Below are positions 19,747-30,276 of a DNA stretch of 64,000 bases, piece by piece. The first letter of the stretch is position 1. Each line of letters opens with the position of its first letter. The position numbers were made by a program, and so were the translations under genes. The stretch is from Planctomycetota bacterium (GTDB taxonomy: Bacteria > Planctomycetota > UBA1135 > UBA2386): positions 4,416,001 through 4,480,000 of the forward strand of contig OZ245006.1 in assembly GCA_965223545.1 (NCBI GenBank), given 5' to 3'. Under the pieces are notes generated by a model. The model searched no databases. It saw nothing but the letters and a program-made list of their open reading frames with translations, and was not told where the DNA came from.

Positions 19747-21849
19747 ATGCATCTCGCTACACCCACCGTCCGTACTCAGCCCGCCTCGTTTCTGCGGTCT
19801 GCGGCGGCCGGCGCGGCGCTACTGTGCGGCGCGGCTACCAGCCAGAACCACGTTGTGGGCTGGCAGAACCCGACGACGACGGCCCACACCGCTTGGGTCG
19901 AGATCGCGGTTCCGTACTCCCCCAACAACGCCAACTTCGTCCAGGTAAACACCGGCTCGACACAGCTGCGCGGAGTGAAGATCGCGGACAGCGGGGTCGC
20001 GGCCACCCACTACATGGTGCTCTCGACCATGTCCGCACTCCAGCTGGTTGTCGGCACCATGGCACCCGACCCCGGCGGGGCGGCTTCGACCTTCGTCTTG
20101 CACCCTGACGTCGACTTGAGCCAGGTGTTCCCGTCCACCGTCAGCGTCGTCAATGCCGGCATCGCGACCGATCTGCCGCGCGTCAACATCCAGGGCCAAC
20201 CGTTCGTCGTGCTCGAGTCGAACGAGGTGCGCCTCGTGCTGAAGGCCCGCTACTCGGACGGGAGTCTGCACGGTGACGCGTACGCCTACGTGACGTCGCT
20301 GCATCCGGCGGTGCGGTTTCAGACCGAGATCCACTACTGCGACATCGACGCAGGGGGTGATTGGGTATCGGCGGAGGAAGTCGTGTTCGAATGGCCCGCG
20401 CTGCCCAAGCCCCTCGAGGTCAGCTCGGACCTCGCCCTGGCCAATGGATACGTCTGCGCCGGGACCAAGCTGACCTGGGACCCCCCGTGCACGCCGCTGG
20501 CTCTCTCACCGGGATGCGAGGACGCGACCACCGCGCGATTGGGTTTCGGCGAACGGGCGGTATTCGACGGCATGTTGCTGTTCGGCGATGACCCGAGCCA
20601 GGCCAGCCAGCGCGACGGCGCGCGCGGCGGGCCGATCGTCGGGCTTGCGCTCGGCACGGCGTGGGATGGCCACTGGGGGGCACTCGGCGGCATCCCGCGC
20701 ATGCCGACGAATCCGGATCCGCAGTACACGTTTCACAACCTCGGCAACCTGTACGGCAATCGGCCGCATGCGATGTCGTTCCATCCCCACCAGGGAGGAA
20801 CGCAAGGTGGCTTCGGACAGAACGGCCTCGGCTATGTCGTCCGCCGACAGGTGCCGTCGGACCTGCGCATGGCGCGCTTGATCGTGGAGGACTCGGCATT
20901 GCGGCCGATCTTCGTGCGCCATGCCGACGGGAGTTTCGTCACCAAGGCGGCATCGTACCCGGCCACCAATACTGCCTCCGAGCTGCCGCACGATTCATCC
21001 GCGCGGTTCGGCCGGCCGACTCCCTGGCCAGCACCGCCGCATGTGTCGGGGCGCAAAGGCGCGGACGCGCAGCATGTTCGCCACCGCGATCTGGGTGCGT
21101 ACTTGCAGCTGACCCGCGACTACCAGATGCGCGACGTCTACCGCCAGACGCAGGAGATCGATCTGATGGACCGCAAGATCGTGGGCAACTGGGTCGGCAC
21201 GGCGCGCGCCGAGGGTCGTAGGTTGCTCAACTACGCCCAGGGTTGGCGCGTCTTCTCGGACCCGAGCGAGGACCTCGCATTCGGTGATCAGATGCGGGCC
21301 CAGTTCCTCGTCTTCGAAGGCGGCTGGGTGGGCGGAACCGCCCTGGCGGCGAATCCCAACGCCCGCGAGCTGGTGGTGGACACGCTTGCTACCGTCAACG
21401 GCAATCCCGCGTGGACGCCATGGGAGCTAGCGCGGGCCGCGGCCGGTCTCTACGCCTGTTCGCAGGCCTTGACCGCCATGGGCGACACGGTCAACGGCAG
21501 CTTGATGCAACAGCGCGCCTACGAGTGCGCGCGGACCGCGTGCATGGCGCTCTACCAGGTTGGCAGCGATTGGAAGGTTCCGTATCGCGTCGAGTACGCA
21601 GGCGGTGTCACTCAGATGCCAGCAGGGTGGATTGCCCCGGGGAGCATCCACATCAAGGAGGGATCGTCGGATTGGATCACGTGGTCGACGTCGGCACTCG
21701 ACGTGTTCCGCACTCTCTATCCGGTTGCCCAAACGCATCCCCTCGACGCGGCACTGAAGACGAAGGTCGACACCGTGTGGACATGGTTCTGGGCCAACCG
21801 GCAACCCACGAACTGGTCGCGCGCCCACTGGGCCGCCGAGATCAAGTAG
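19747..21849 (+). CDS. Large secreted hypothetical protein (700 aa)
   Basis: AAGGAG SD; signal peptide; long ORF with GC3 bias; no family recognised. Confidence 0.8.
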   Translation: MHLATPTVRTQPASFLRSAAAGAALLCGAATSQNHVVGWQNPTTTAHTAWVEIAVPYSPNNANFVQVNTGSTQLRGVKIADSGVAATHYMVLSTMSALQLVVGTMAPDPGGAASTFVLHPDVDLSQVFPSTVSVVNAGIATDLPRVNIQGQPFVVLESNEVRLVLKARYSDGSLHGDAYAYVTSLHPAVRFQTEIHYCDIDAGGDWVSAEEVVFEWPALPKPLEVSSDLALANGYVCAGTKLTWDPPCTPLALSPGCEDATTARLGFGERAVFDGMLLFGDDPSQASQRDGARGGPIVGLALGTAWDGHWGALGGIPRMPTNPDPQYTFHNLGNLYGNRPHAMSFHPHQGGTQGGFGQNGLGYVVRRQVPSDLRMARLIVEDSALRPIFVRHADGSFVTKAASYPATNTASELPHDSSARFGRPTPWPAPPHVSGRKGADAQHVRHRDLGAYLQLTRDYQMRDVYRQTQEIDLMDRKIVGNWVGTARAEGRRLLNYAQGWRVFSDPSEDLAFGDQMRAQFLVFEGGWVGGTALAANPNARELVVDTLATVNGNPAWTPWELARAAAGLYACSQALTAMGDTVNGSLMQQRAYECARTACMALYQVGSDWKVPYRVEYAGGVTQMPAGWIAPGSIHIKEGSSDWITWSTSALDVFRTLYPVAQTHPLDAALKTKVDTVWTWFWANRQPTNWSRAHWAAEIK

Positions 21850-21868
21850 TCGGTCGCGCGCTGCCGCC

Positions 21869-23233
21869 TCAGTTGGTCAAGTGCGGCAGCGCGGCCGACG
21901 CGAACGTCAACGTCAGGAAGAAGCCACACATATCGGTCACGGTGGTCAGCACCGGTCCCGAGGCCAGCGCCGGGTCCAGGCCGAAGCGCCGTAGCAGCAG
22001 CGGCACGGTGCCGCCGATCGAGACCGCGACCACTGTGTTGAGCGCGAGCGCGCCGCCGACCACCAGACCCAGATACGCATTGCTCTTCCACAACCACGCG
22101 GTGAGCGCGATCAGCAGGCCGAGTGCAATCCCGTTGAGGATGCCGACGCCGACCTCCTTCAGCCAGACGCGCGCCGCGTCGGCCGGGGTGATCAAGCCGA
22201 GGCTGAGCTCGCGCATGGTGACGGCCACGGCTTGGTTGCCCGAGCAGCCGCTCATGTCGGAGATGATCGGCAAGAACACCGCCAGCGCGATGGCGGCCTG
22301 CAGCGTGTCTTGGTAGGCCGCGATGACGCTCGCCGCGATCAGGTTGAGGACTACATTGACGCTCAGCCAGGCCAACCGCCGCCGCGACCGCAGTGTGAGC
22401 GGCATGCTGCGCAGCTCCTCGCCGCGGATGATGCCCTGCGACCGCATGTGATCGCGGTCGCTGCGCTCGGCGCGGCTGTCGTCGACCGCGACCCGGTGCA
22501 CCACGCCGATCAAGCGATTGTCGGCGTCGAGGACCGGGACGCCGTAGAAGTTGTGTGCGTTGAAGAACTCGTGCAGCTCGTCGAGGCTGGACGTATCGCG
22601 CACCGCCAGGGGGTCGCGGATCATCAACGTGCCGATGCGCGTCTGCTCGGGTGAGAGCAGCAGGTCGCGCAACCGCAGCACCCCAACCAGCTGTCCTTGG
22701 CGGTTGAGGACGAAGGCGTACTGGACGTCGTAGTCGGCGTAGGTGTCCGCCTTCTCGCGCAGATCGCGAATGACGCCGCCGACGGTCTTCTGCTCGGAGT
22801 ACGCCAGGTACTCCGTCACCATCAAGCCGCCCGCGGTGTCGTCGGGGTACTCGACCAGGGCGCGCACCTGACGCGCGTCGGCGTCGGGGAGCGCGGCGAG
22901 GATCGCCTCGGCGTTCGGCTGCGCCAGGCTGCCGATCAGGTCGGCGCGACTGTCGCTCTTCAGCTCGGTGACGATGCGGGCGGCGTCGTCCGGCTCGAGG
23001 CCTTGGACCACCGTCGTGGCCTGATCGCTGGGCAGCTGCTCGACGACGTCGGCAGCGTCGTCGGGCGCCAGTTTGAGCAGGAGCTGGACTTGCTCGTCGC
23101 GGGACAGTCGCGAGACCGTGCGCAGCACGTCCTTGGCCGGCAGCCCGGTGAGGAAGGCGTCGAGGCCCGGGCGATCGTCGGCCTGGAGCAGCTCGCGGAG
23201 CTTGTCCCAGGGCTCGTGTTGAGACGCGGGCAT
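21869..23233 (-). CDS. mgtE: Magnesium transporter MgtE
   Basis: YPDDTAGGLM, CBS pair, PIISDMSGCSGNQA, DPALASGPVLTTVTD. Confidence 0.95.
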   Translation of the reverse strand: MPASQHEPWDKLRELLQADDRPGLDAFLTGLPAKDVLRTVSRLSRDEQVQLLLKLAPDDAADVVEQLPSDQATTVVQGLEPDDAARIVTELKSDSRADLIGSLAQPNAEAILAALPDADARQVRALVEYPDDTAGGLMVTEYLAYSEQKTVGGVIRDLREKADTYADYDVQYAFVLNRQGQLVGVLRLRDLLLSPEQTRIGTLMIRDPLAVRDTSSLDELHEFFNAHNFYGVPVLDADNRLIGVVHRVAVDDSRAERSDRDHMRSQGIIRGEELRSMPLTLRSRRRLAWLSVNVVLNLIAASVIAAYQDTLQAAIALAVFLPIISDMSGCSGNQAVAVTMRELSLGLITPADAARVWLKEVGVGILNGIALGLLIALTAWLWKSNAYLGLVVGGALALNTVVAVSIGGTVPLLLRRFGLDPALASGPVLTTVTDMCGFFLTLTFASAALPHLTN

Positions 23234-23391
23234 GCACGCAGTGTCGCGGTGGCAGGTCGCGAATCCAGTGCCACCGGTCGTTCACCCTTCGCCCGCCGCC
23301 CCGCCGGGGTGATGGCCGCTGGGCTTTGCGGGCGGGCGACGGTTAGAATCGCCGCGGAATACGGGGAGGGTCCCTCAGCAACTCCTGACTC

Positions 23392-25716
23392 ATGCAATCC
23401 ACTGCTACCCGCCTCGTCAGCTGCGCCGTCGTGCTGGCGCTGGCCTCGTGCTCCGACCACCGCCTCGTCCGCTTCGCCGTGCCGCCGCAGGGAACCGAAG
23501 CCGAGGTCCGGTTCGAGACGCGCGCGGAGATCCGCCTCGGTTCGCCACTGTCACCGGTTGCCGATGCGGCGCTGGCGGACTTGGACGGCGATACCGCCGC
23601 CGATCTCGTGGTCACCCGGCTCAACGGCGAGGTCGAGATCTGGCGCAACCTCGGCGGGCGTGCCCTCGAGCTGGTGCAGAGCCTGGCGGCGCCGTCGTTC
23701 ACCTTCAACGCCAAGACCGGCGACGTCGATGGCGATGGCGACACCGACCTGGTCGTGCTGGGTAGCGACCAGCAGACCGTCTACGTCTTCACGAATGACG
23801 GCAACGCCAACTTCGCCCAGGGAGCGACGATCACCGTCGCGGAAGACGCCGACAGTCTCGCGCTCGGTGACTTCGCCGGACCGGTGAACCCCGGGTCGTC
23901 CGTGCCGGACCTGCCGCCGGACGGTGTGCTCGACATCGCCGTGTCCCACTTCGACAGTCCCGACTTGGATCTGTTGCTGGGCAACGGCGACGGCACGTTC
24001 ACTCCGCTCGCCAATCCGATCCAGCTGTCGGGGACGGCCGCGGGAGTCGTCTTCGCGCCTTCTCAGCCGGGTGGGCGTCTCGACCTCGTGGTCGCGGAGC
24101 AGGACACCGACCGCGTCGTGCTGATCCGCAACGAGCCGGGGCTGCCCGGTTTCGTGCTGTCGCCGTTCGATGTGGGCGACGAGCCGTTGGCAGTCGCCGT
24201 CGGTGACCTCGACAACGACGGCCGCAACGACATTGCCGTCTCCAACAACGGCAGCCGCGACATCACCGTGCTGTTCCAGGACGACCGGTTGATTCCGCAG
24301 CCGAAGTACACGGCCTACACGATCCCGGTCGGCGAGGACGTGGCCAAGATCACGGTGGGCGACGTCTCCGGCGACGGCATCGCCGACTTGGTGCTGTGCG
24401 TGTTCGCCCGCCCGTCGGTCACGGTGTTCCCCGGCCTGCCGGCGCGGCCGGCGGCCGGGCAACCGCCGCTGGGGTCCCCGTACGAGATGCCGGCGACCGG
24501 GTTGCCGTTCGACGCGGAGATCGGTGACATCGACCTGGACGGCCGGCGTGACCTGGTCGTCACCGGCAGCGGTACCGATCGCGTCAACCTCTACTTCGGC
24601 GACGACGGCCGCTTCGGCTTGGAGACGGCCTACAACTACGACACTGGCCACCCGTCGCCGGACAGCGTCGCGGCGGCCGACTGGAACGGCGATGGGCGCG
24701 ACGAGATCGTCGTCGCCGGCGCGGCGTCGAACGAGGTCGTGTTCGTCGGCGTCGATCCCAGCACGCCCGACGATCTGCGTTCGGCGCGGCCGCTGGCCAG
24801 CGTCGACGTCGGCTTCCCGGTGCGCATCGCCTGTCCGCTGGACTTCGACGCCAACGGCCTGCCGGACCTGGCGGTGTCCACCGACCGCGGACTCAAGGTG
24901 TTGATCAACGAGACCGCGCCGGGTGGGCCGCTGCAGTTCCGCCCCGAGCCGGCGGGCAGTGCCATGCTGATCGACGGCAGCAGCCCGTTCCAAGTCACCG
25001 TCGCCGATATCGATGGCGATGGTCTCGACGATCTGGTCGCCAGCGACCCGGTGTCGGAGGCCGTCCTGGTGCGGCTCGGCGGCGGGGCGCAGGCGACGAT
25101 CTCCTATCCGGTGCCAGGGTTGCCCAGCGGTTTGGCCGTCGCCGACTTCGATGGCGATGGCTTTGCCGACGTGGCGTGCGCGGCCAACCGCGCGCAAAAG
25201 ATCGTGTTCCTGCGCAACCAGGGCAACGGCGGCACGCCGGGCGTGTTGATCCCGTGGATCGAAGAGAGCGTCAACGGCACCGCGGCGACCGGCTCCGGCG
25301 TCGGGCCCAGCTACGTGCGGCAGGGCGACTTCGACGGCGATGGCCGGCCCGACCTGGTGGCGTCGGGCAACGTCTCCGACGAGCTCACGGTGTTCTTGAA
25401 TCGCGGTGGCTCGTTCGAAGTGCGCTTCCTGAGCGCCGGCGACGTACCCACCGACCTCGCCGTGCGCGACCTCGATCGCGACGGCAACTTGGACATCCTG
25501 GCGACCTCACTGCGCGCGACCTCGGTGTGCCTGCTGGTCGGCGACGGCGCGGGCGGCTTCTCGCCGGACGTCGGCTTCCCCGCCAGCTACCGGGCGACCT
25601 CGATGGCGCTCGGCGACGTCGATGGGGACGGCTGGCTCGACTTGTCGGTCGCCAGCGCGCGCACCCGCCGTTTCGCGATCTACCGCAACACCAGTTTCCC
25701 GAGGACCGGCTTGTGA
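23392..25716 (+). CDS. FG-GAP/VCBS-repeat lipoprotein
   Basis: Lipobox LASC; more than 12 D(L/F/V)DGDG.DL repeats. Confidence 0.88.
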   Translation: MQSTATRLVSCAVVLALASCSDHRLVRFAVPPQGTEAEVRFETRAEIRLGSPLSPVADAALADLDGDTAADLVVTRLNGEVEIWRNLGGRALELVQSLAAPSFTFNAKTGDVDGDGDTDLVVLGSDQQTVYVFTNDGNANFAQGATITVAEDADSLALGDFAGPVNPGSSVPDLPPDGVLDIAVSHFDSPDLDLLLGNGDGTFTPLANPIQLSGTAAGVVFAPSQPGGRLDLVVAEQDTDRVVLIRNEPGLPGFVLSPFDVGDEPLAVAVGDLDNDGRNDIAVSNNGSRDITVLFQDDRLIPQPKYTAYTIPVGEDVAKITVGDVSGDGIADLVLCVFARPSVTVFPGLPARPAAGQPPLGSPYEMPATGLPFDAEIGDIDLDGRRDLVVTGSGTDRVNLYFGDDGRFGLETAYNYDTGHPSPDSVAAADWNGDGRDEIVVAGAASNEVVFVGVDPSTPDDLRSARPLASVDVGFPVRIACPLDFDANGLPDLAVSTDRGLKVLINETAPGGPLQFRPEPAGSAMLIDGSSPFQVTVADIDGDGLDDLVASDPVSEAVLVRLGGGAQATISYPVPGLPSGLAVADFDGDGFADVACAANRAQKIVFLRNQGNGGTPGVLIPWIEESVNGTAATGSGVGPSYVRQGDFDGDGRPDLVASGNVSDELTVFLNRGGSFEVRFLSAGDVPTDLAVRDLDRDGNLDILATSLRATSVCLLVGDGAGGFSPDVGFPASYRATSMALGDVDGDGWLDLSVASARTRRFAIYRNTSFPRTGL

Positions 25717-26480
25717 TCTCGCGCGTCGTTGTTCTGTCGGTGGTTGGCGCCGCCGGTCTCTTCTCGTGCCAGTCGTCGACGGTGAGCGCCTCCGGGGCGC
25801 TCATGCTGTCGTCGGTCCGCGGCGACATCGGTCTGGAGTCGCCGGGAGGCAACAACCTCGCCAGCCGCAAGTTCAACCTCGACGACGCCAACCTCGAGGA
25901 CGTCGAGGTCCGGCCGACGGCGCGCGTCGATGTCGAGGCCGACCGGGTCGGCTTCGGGATCGTCGGTCTGTACCATTCCGAGGACACCAGCGGCGCGCTG
26001 CCCAATCAGTTCGGCTCCATTGGCCAGGGCACGCAGGCGACCACCGAGACCGAGTTCATCACCGCCCGCGGTTACGTGTCGTACGACGTGGTCGAAGTGG
26101 GTCCGCTGCGCTTGGCGCCGGCGTTCATGCTCGATCTCGTGCTCTACGACTATCAGGTGCGGCCACAGAGCGGGTCGATTCAGCTCGAAGAGGTCAAGCA
26201 CGAGCTGCTGGCGCCGATGCCCGGCTTGATCGCCGAGCTCGACTTCGATCAGTTCGGCGCCATCGTGGAGTTGGGCGGGATGAACGCCGACTACGGTGAC
26301 GGCGAGGGGACCATCGTCGATCTCGACGTGCGCCTGCGCGCGGCCATCAACCAACGCGCCGATCTGGTGCTGGGCTTCCGCTACATGAAGCTCGATCTGC
26401 TCGGCGTTGCCGACGCCAACCCCTACGACTCGGACCTCGACTTCTTCGGCTACTACTTCGGCGGCCGCGTCCACTTCTGA
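25713..26480 (+). CDS. Putative outer-membrane beta-barrel protein
   Basis: GTG overlaps upstream TGA; signal peptide (LFSC); amphipathic strands; ends GYYFGGRVHF. Confidence 0.7.
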   Translation: MISRVVVLSVVGAAGLFSCQSSTVSASGALMLSSVRGDIGLESPGGNNLASRKFNLDDANLEDVEVRPTARVDVEADRVGFGIVGLYHSEDTSGALPNQFGSIGQGTQATTETEFITARGYVSYDVVEVGPLRLAPAFMLDLVLYDYQVRPQSGSIQLEEVKHELLAPMPGLIAELDFDQFGAIVELGGMNADYGDGEGTIVDLDVRLRAAINQRADLVLGFRYMKLDLLGVADANPYDSDLDFFGYYFGGRVHF

Positions 26481-26503
26481 GCGCCAGCGTCCCGCTGGCG
26501 TCA
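26478..26503. terminator. Hairpin between convergent genes
   Basis: CGCCAGCG-TCC-CGCTGGCG directly between the two stop codons; no U-tract. Confidence 0.45.
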
Positions 26504-29500
26504 GTGCGTGGCGATCCAGTCGGTGACCGCTCGGTACTTCGGCGCCGCCGAACGCGGCTGATCGATGTACTCGAGCATGCCCCAGCTGCCGTACTCGTCC
26601 CATGTGCCGCAGAAGTGGAAGTGCGACGCGTGGCCTACCCCGGTGGCCAGCAGCATGTCGAGGTACTCGGTGTAGCGCGTGTACATGCGCGGGTCGCGGT
26701 TGACCTGATGCAGGATGCCGGTGAGCACCGCATCCCCCTCGGCGCCGTTGATGCCGACGAAGTGCTGCCCGGCCTCGTAGCAGATCAGCTCGAGGCCCTG
26801 CACATCGGCGATCGCCTTCTGCGCCAGGACATCGGCCTGCTGGGTGGCGATCGTCTGCGGCGCGACGACGTCGAGCAGGTGTGACACCGTGGGATAGGAC
26901 GGCGCCAGCGGCGGGATCGAGGCGGGAGTCAGCGTCTCGCCGAAGTACGGCGCGATGGCGAGTGCGTCGGGGAGTGCGCCGCTGGGGTTGAGGCGCGGAT
27001 CGCGCAGCGCTGCCAGCCGTTGCTCGGTGATGTCGGTGTTTGCCGACTGCGTCGCCAACACCTTGACCAGGCGCTGGCTCGCGGCGCTGCCGTACTCCTG
27101 CTCGAAGATGGCGAAGATCTCGGCCGAGCGCATGCCGGTGAACTTCTGACCGGCGTTCCAGCGCACCGGATCGAGACCGAGCAGCTGGCCTTGGTCCTGG
27201 ACGTAGGTGGTCTGTGAGAACGCCGCGCCCGGGTTCCAGGTCTCGTTGGAGTACTCGACGAAGAGCCGCTGGCGGGGGTCGAACGTGTCCCGCCACAGCC
27301 GCGCCGTCTGCCGCACGTAATCGTCGTCCGCGGCGTGCGGGATGCAGATCCACGCATCCACGCCGAGCAGGTTGCTGAGCTCGATCATCACCTCGGGGGC
27401 CACGCCTTCATCGCGTGCCTGCGTGTAGCTGTCGGTGCGGGTCCGCTGGTCCCATCGCTGCACGATGCTGCCGTTGGTGCGCATCCAGTTCATGAACCGC
27501 AGATGCGAGAACGGCGCCAGCTGCGCCAAGAACTGCGGGTGGAACCGCGCGCTCGCGTAGGTCGGCAGCATGCCGTGCTGCACCAAGCGAAAGTCGCGCA
27601 AGTGGTTGGGCGGTGGATTGGTGGCGTGGATGAAGAACGCGACGATGGCGCGCGCCGCCGTGGTGGTGAAGTCGTAGGTCCGCGCGCCGCCGGTCGGCAG
27701 CATCGTGAACGTGGCCTCGTGCTGCAGCTCGAGCGTGCCGGTGCCCTGGTAGAAGAAGCGGTATGGGCCGGCCTCGTTGGCGCGGAACACCACCGACAGC
27801 GGGATCTGCGGCAGCACACCGGGGGCCGGCACGAACGGCGCCTGGGTCGGCCATCCCTGCGCGTCGACCGGAGTCCACGGCCCCCAGCCGGTGTTGTTCG
27901 GTCCGGTACCGTTCTGGTTCTTGCTCTTCCAGGGGTGCGCGCGCTGAAAGATGTCCTGGAAGACGAACGCGCTCGACCAATCGGCGAGGGTGTCGAGGTT
28001 GGTGCCGATGCTCATCTTGGCCGCCGGCAACGGCGCAAAGGTCGCGCTCACCGCCGTGTCGCGGCGCATCGCCAAGACGCCCGGGTTGGCGCTGCCGCGC
28101 AGGGCTCCGCCGAAGCCGGCGAACCGAAAGCCCGGCGCCGGCGTCGCCTGCACGGTGACCGCCGCGTTGGCGCCGTACAGCGCCTGGGTTGGCGACGCGG
28201 TCAAGCCACCGCCGGCGCCGGCCGTCAGCGTGAGCGAGAACGCCGGCACGCCGACGGTGACCACCAGGTCGGACAACGCGACCGCGTGCCCGCCGTAGCG
28301 GGCACCGACGCAGTAGATCCGCACCTCGATCGACGAGATGCTGGCGTAGCCCGTGCGCGGCAGCACCGCGGTGAACCGATGCACGCCCATGTCGCCGTTG
28401 TCGAGGGTGGGCGAGGTCAAGACCTCGGCACCGGCGGCGTAGCCACCGACGCTGGTCATCACCACGAACGCGCGCGGCGCGTGGAAGCTGCGGCGCTGCA
28501 CGGCGAACTCGATCTGCGCCTCGCCGAGGTCGAGCGGCGGCCCACTGGCGCCGAGCGAGAACGACGCGTAGTGGTTCTGCGCCAGGGCCTCGGTCAGCGT
28601 CGAGGGATTGGAGCCGGCCGAGATCGAGAAGCCGAACGCGTTGTGGATGCCGGCGTCACCGACCGCGCCGCCACCCAGTGCGACCCCGCCGAACGACACT
28701 TGCGGCGCCAGCACTTTGGTGGCGGTCCACGGTGTGTTGGCACCGGGCGCCGTGCCGGTGAAGTCGCTGTGCACGAGCGTCACCGGCGGCGGCATGCCGA
28801 CGTGCAGGGTGAGTCCGCCCGAGGTGATCCAGCCCGCCGGGGTCGCGCCGCTGGCGGCCGCCCAGGCCTGGGCGTGGACCGCGCGGCCGAGGAGGCCCGT
28901 GTTGGTCGGGATCGGCAGGCTCCAGCGGCCGACGCCGCTGGTGTTGCCGGTGGCGAGCACGGTCAGCTCGCTGCTGTGGTAGAGCCGGCAGCCGGGCATA
29001 CCGATCAGGCCGAGGTCCAGCGGCAGCGGCAGGCCGGCAAACACCGAGCGCGACACACCGAGGCTGATCAGCGCGCCCGGCGCGGTCGCCGGAATGCCCC
29101 GCACCTCGCCGTCGAACGTCGTACCGAGGCTCGGCACGCTGCCGCCGGCCGCATCGATGGTCAACGGTTGCGCCAGCGGGCAGCCCGTGCCGTACTGCGT
29201 TGCCGCGGCGTGCGGGTGCACCGCGCCGAACCACCAGGAGTCGTCCAGCGGTCGGCCGGCGGCATCCGCGCCGCCGACGATTAGCACCGCGGCGTTGGCG
29301 GGGTCGTACGCGGCAGCCCCCGCGGCCCGCGGCGGCGGCGTCGCCAGCGACGACAGTCGGGCCCACTCGGTGCCGTCCCAGCTCCACGTGCCGCCGCCGT
29401 GGGTCGCGTCGCCGAGGAGCACCACGCGCTGCAGCAGCGGGTCGTAGGCCGCGGCGTGGCCGGTGGCGCGCGGTGGATCGCTCGGCAACGTCGGCTGCCA

Positions 29501-30184
29501 ACCGGAGCCATCCCACAGCCAGGTGTCGGCCAAGGCGCGGCCGCCGCCGTCGGTGCCGCCGTGCAGCAAGACGCGCGCCCGAGCCGCATCGTCGACGACC
29601 ACCGCGCCGTGGCGCGGTGGTGGAGCGTTGCCGGCGTGGGCGGTCCAGTCGGTTCCGTCCCAGCTCCAGGTGTCTGCCAGCGGTTGCCCGTTGTCGTCCA
29701 GCCCGCCAAAAAGAATGGAGACTCCGCGCGCGCTGTCGTGGGCGAGCCGTGCTGCACGCCGCCCCGGCGGGCTGGTGGCCGGCGTCGCCTGGCGCCACAC
29801 GGTTCCGTTCCACAGCCAGGTCTCCCGGCTGCCCACCGATCCACCGAACAGCAGGGTTTCGGAGCGAGCCGCGTCGAACGCCATGGCGTGGCCCCAGCGG
29901 GCCGCCGGGCCGCCCGCCGCACGCGGCTGCCAGGTCGCGCCATCGAAGACCCAAGTGTCACCAAGCGCGGTCCCGGTGGCGTCGCGGCCGCCGAACAGCA
30001 CCACCTGGGCACTTCCTGTGTCGGTGACCACCGCGTGGTCGCTGCGGGCCGGCGCCGGCGACCCACCGGGGGCGGGCGCCCATTGTTGGGCGCGGGTTCC
30101 GCCCGACAAGCAGACGATGGCGAGGGTCCAGATCGCGGGCGTCGACCACCCCCTCCGCCGGTTCGAATTCGACAGGCTGTGCAC
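26501..30184 (-). CDS. Large secreted multidomain protein: Kelch-like propeller, internal recurring domain, bacterial repeat, GH-like TIM barrel
   Basis: DTW.WDG..W / AYD..R..VLLFGG repeats; LRFMNW, WICIPH, VEYSNETWN, CYEAGQH; start uncertain. Confidence 0.8.
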   Translation of the reverse strand: MHSLSNSNRRRGWSTPAIWTLAIVCLSGGTRAQQWAPAPGGSPAPARSDHAVVTDTGSAQVVLFGGRDATGTALGDTWVFDGATWQPRAAGGPAARWGHAMAFDAARSETLLFGGSVGSRETWLWNGTVWRQATPATSPPGRRAARLAHDSARGVSILFGGLDDNGQPLADTWSWDGTDWTAHAGNAPPPRHGAVVVDDAARARVLLHGGTDGGGRALADTWLWDGSGWQPTLPSDPPRATGHAAAYDPLLQRVVLLGDATHGGGTWSWDGTEWARLSSLATPPPRAAGAAAYDPANAAVLIVGGADAAGRPLDDSWWFGAVHPHAAATQYGTGCPLAQPLTIDAAGGSVPSLGTTFDGEVRGIPATAPGALISLGVSRSVFAGLPLPLDLGLIGMPGCRLYHSSELTVLATGNTSGVGRWSLPIPTNTGLLGRAVHAQAWAAASGATPAGWITSGGLTLHVGMPPPVTLVHSDFTGTAPGANTPWTATKVLAPQVSFGGVALGGGAVGDAGIHNAFGFSISAGSNPSTLTEALAQNHYASFSLGASGPPLDLGEAQIEFAVQRRSFHAPRAFVVMTSVGGYAAGAEVLTSPTLDNGDMGVHRFTAVLPRTGYASISSIEVRIYCVGARYGGHAVALSDLVVTVGVPAFSLTLTAGAGGGLTASPTQALYGANAAVTVQATPAPGFRFAGFGGALRGSANPGVLAMRRDTAVSATFAPLPAAKMSIGTNLDTLADWSSAFVFQDIFQRAHPWKSKNQNGTGPNNTGWGPWTPVDAQGWPTQAPFVPAPGVLPQIPLSVVFRANEAGPYRFFYQGTGTLELQHEATFTMLPTGGARTYDFTTTAARAIVAFFIHATNPPPNHLRDFRLVQHGMLPTYASARFHPQFLAQLAPFSHLRFMNWMRTNGSIVQRWDQRTRTDSYTQARDEGVAPEVMIELSNLLGVDAWICIPHAADDDYVRQTARLWRDTFDPRQRLFVEYSNETWNPGAAFSQTTYVQDQGQLLGLDPVRWNAGQKFTGMRSAEIFAIFEQEYGSAASQRLVKVLATQSANTDITEQRLAALRDPRLNPSGALPDALAIAPYFGETLTPASIPPLAPSYPTVSHLLDVVAPQTIATQQADVLAQKAIADVQGLELICYEAGQHFVGINGAEGDAVLTGILHQVNRDPRMYTRYTEYLDMLLATGVGHASHFHFCGTWDEYGSWGMLEYIDQPRSAAPKYRAVTDWIATH

Positions 30185-30276
30185 GCCCCGGAGTGTAGCC
30201 AGTCGTTCGGCTCCAGCCGCGATACAGTGCTGGCCGTCACCGCCTCCGCCATTCACGCAACTCCACCGATCCCGCA

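Noticed and set aside
11540..21849. Integrative island at tRNA-Val
   Set aside because: No integrase seen and no duplicate of the tRNA 3' end found by eye in the window
23234..23391. Mg2+ or Mn2+ riboswitch upstream of mgtE
   Set aside because: GC-rich hairpins are present but no M-box or yybP-ykoY consensus is recognisable
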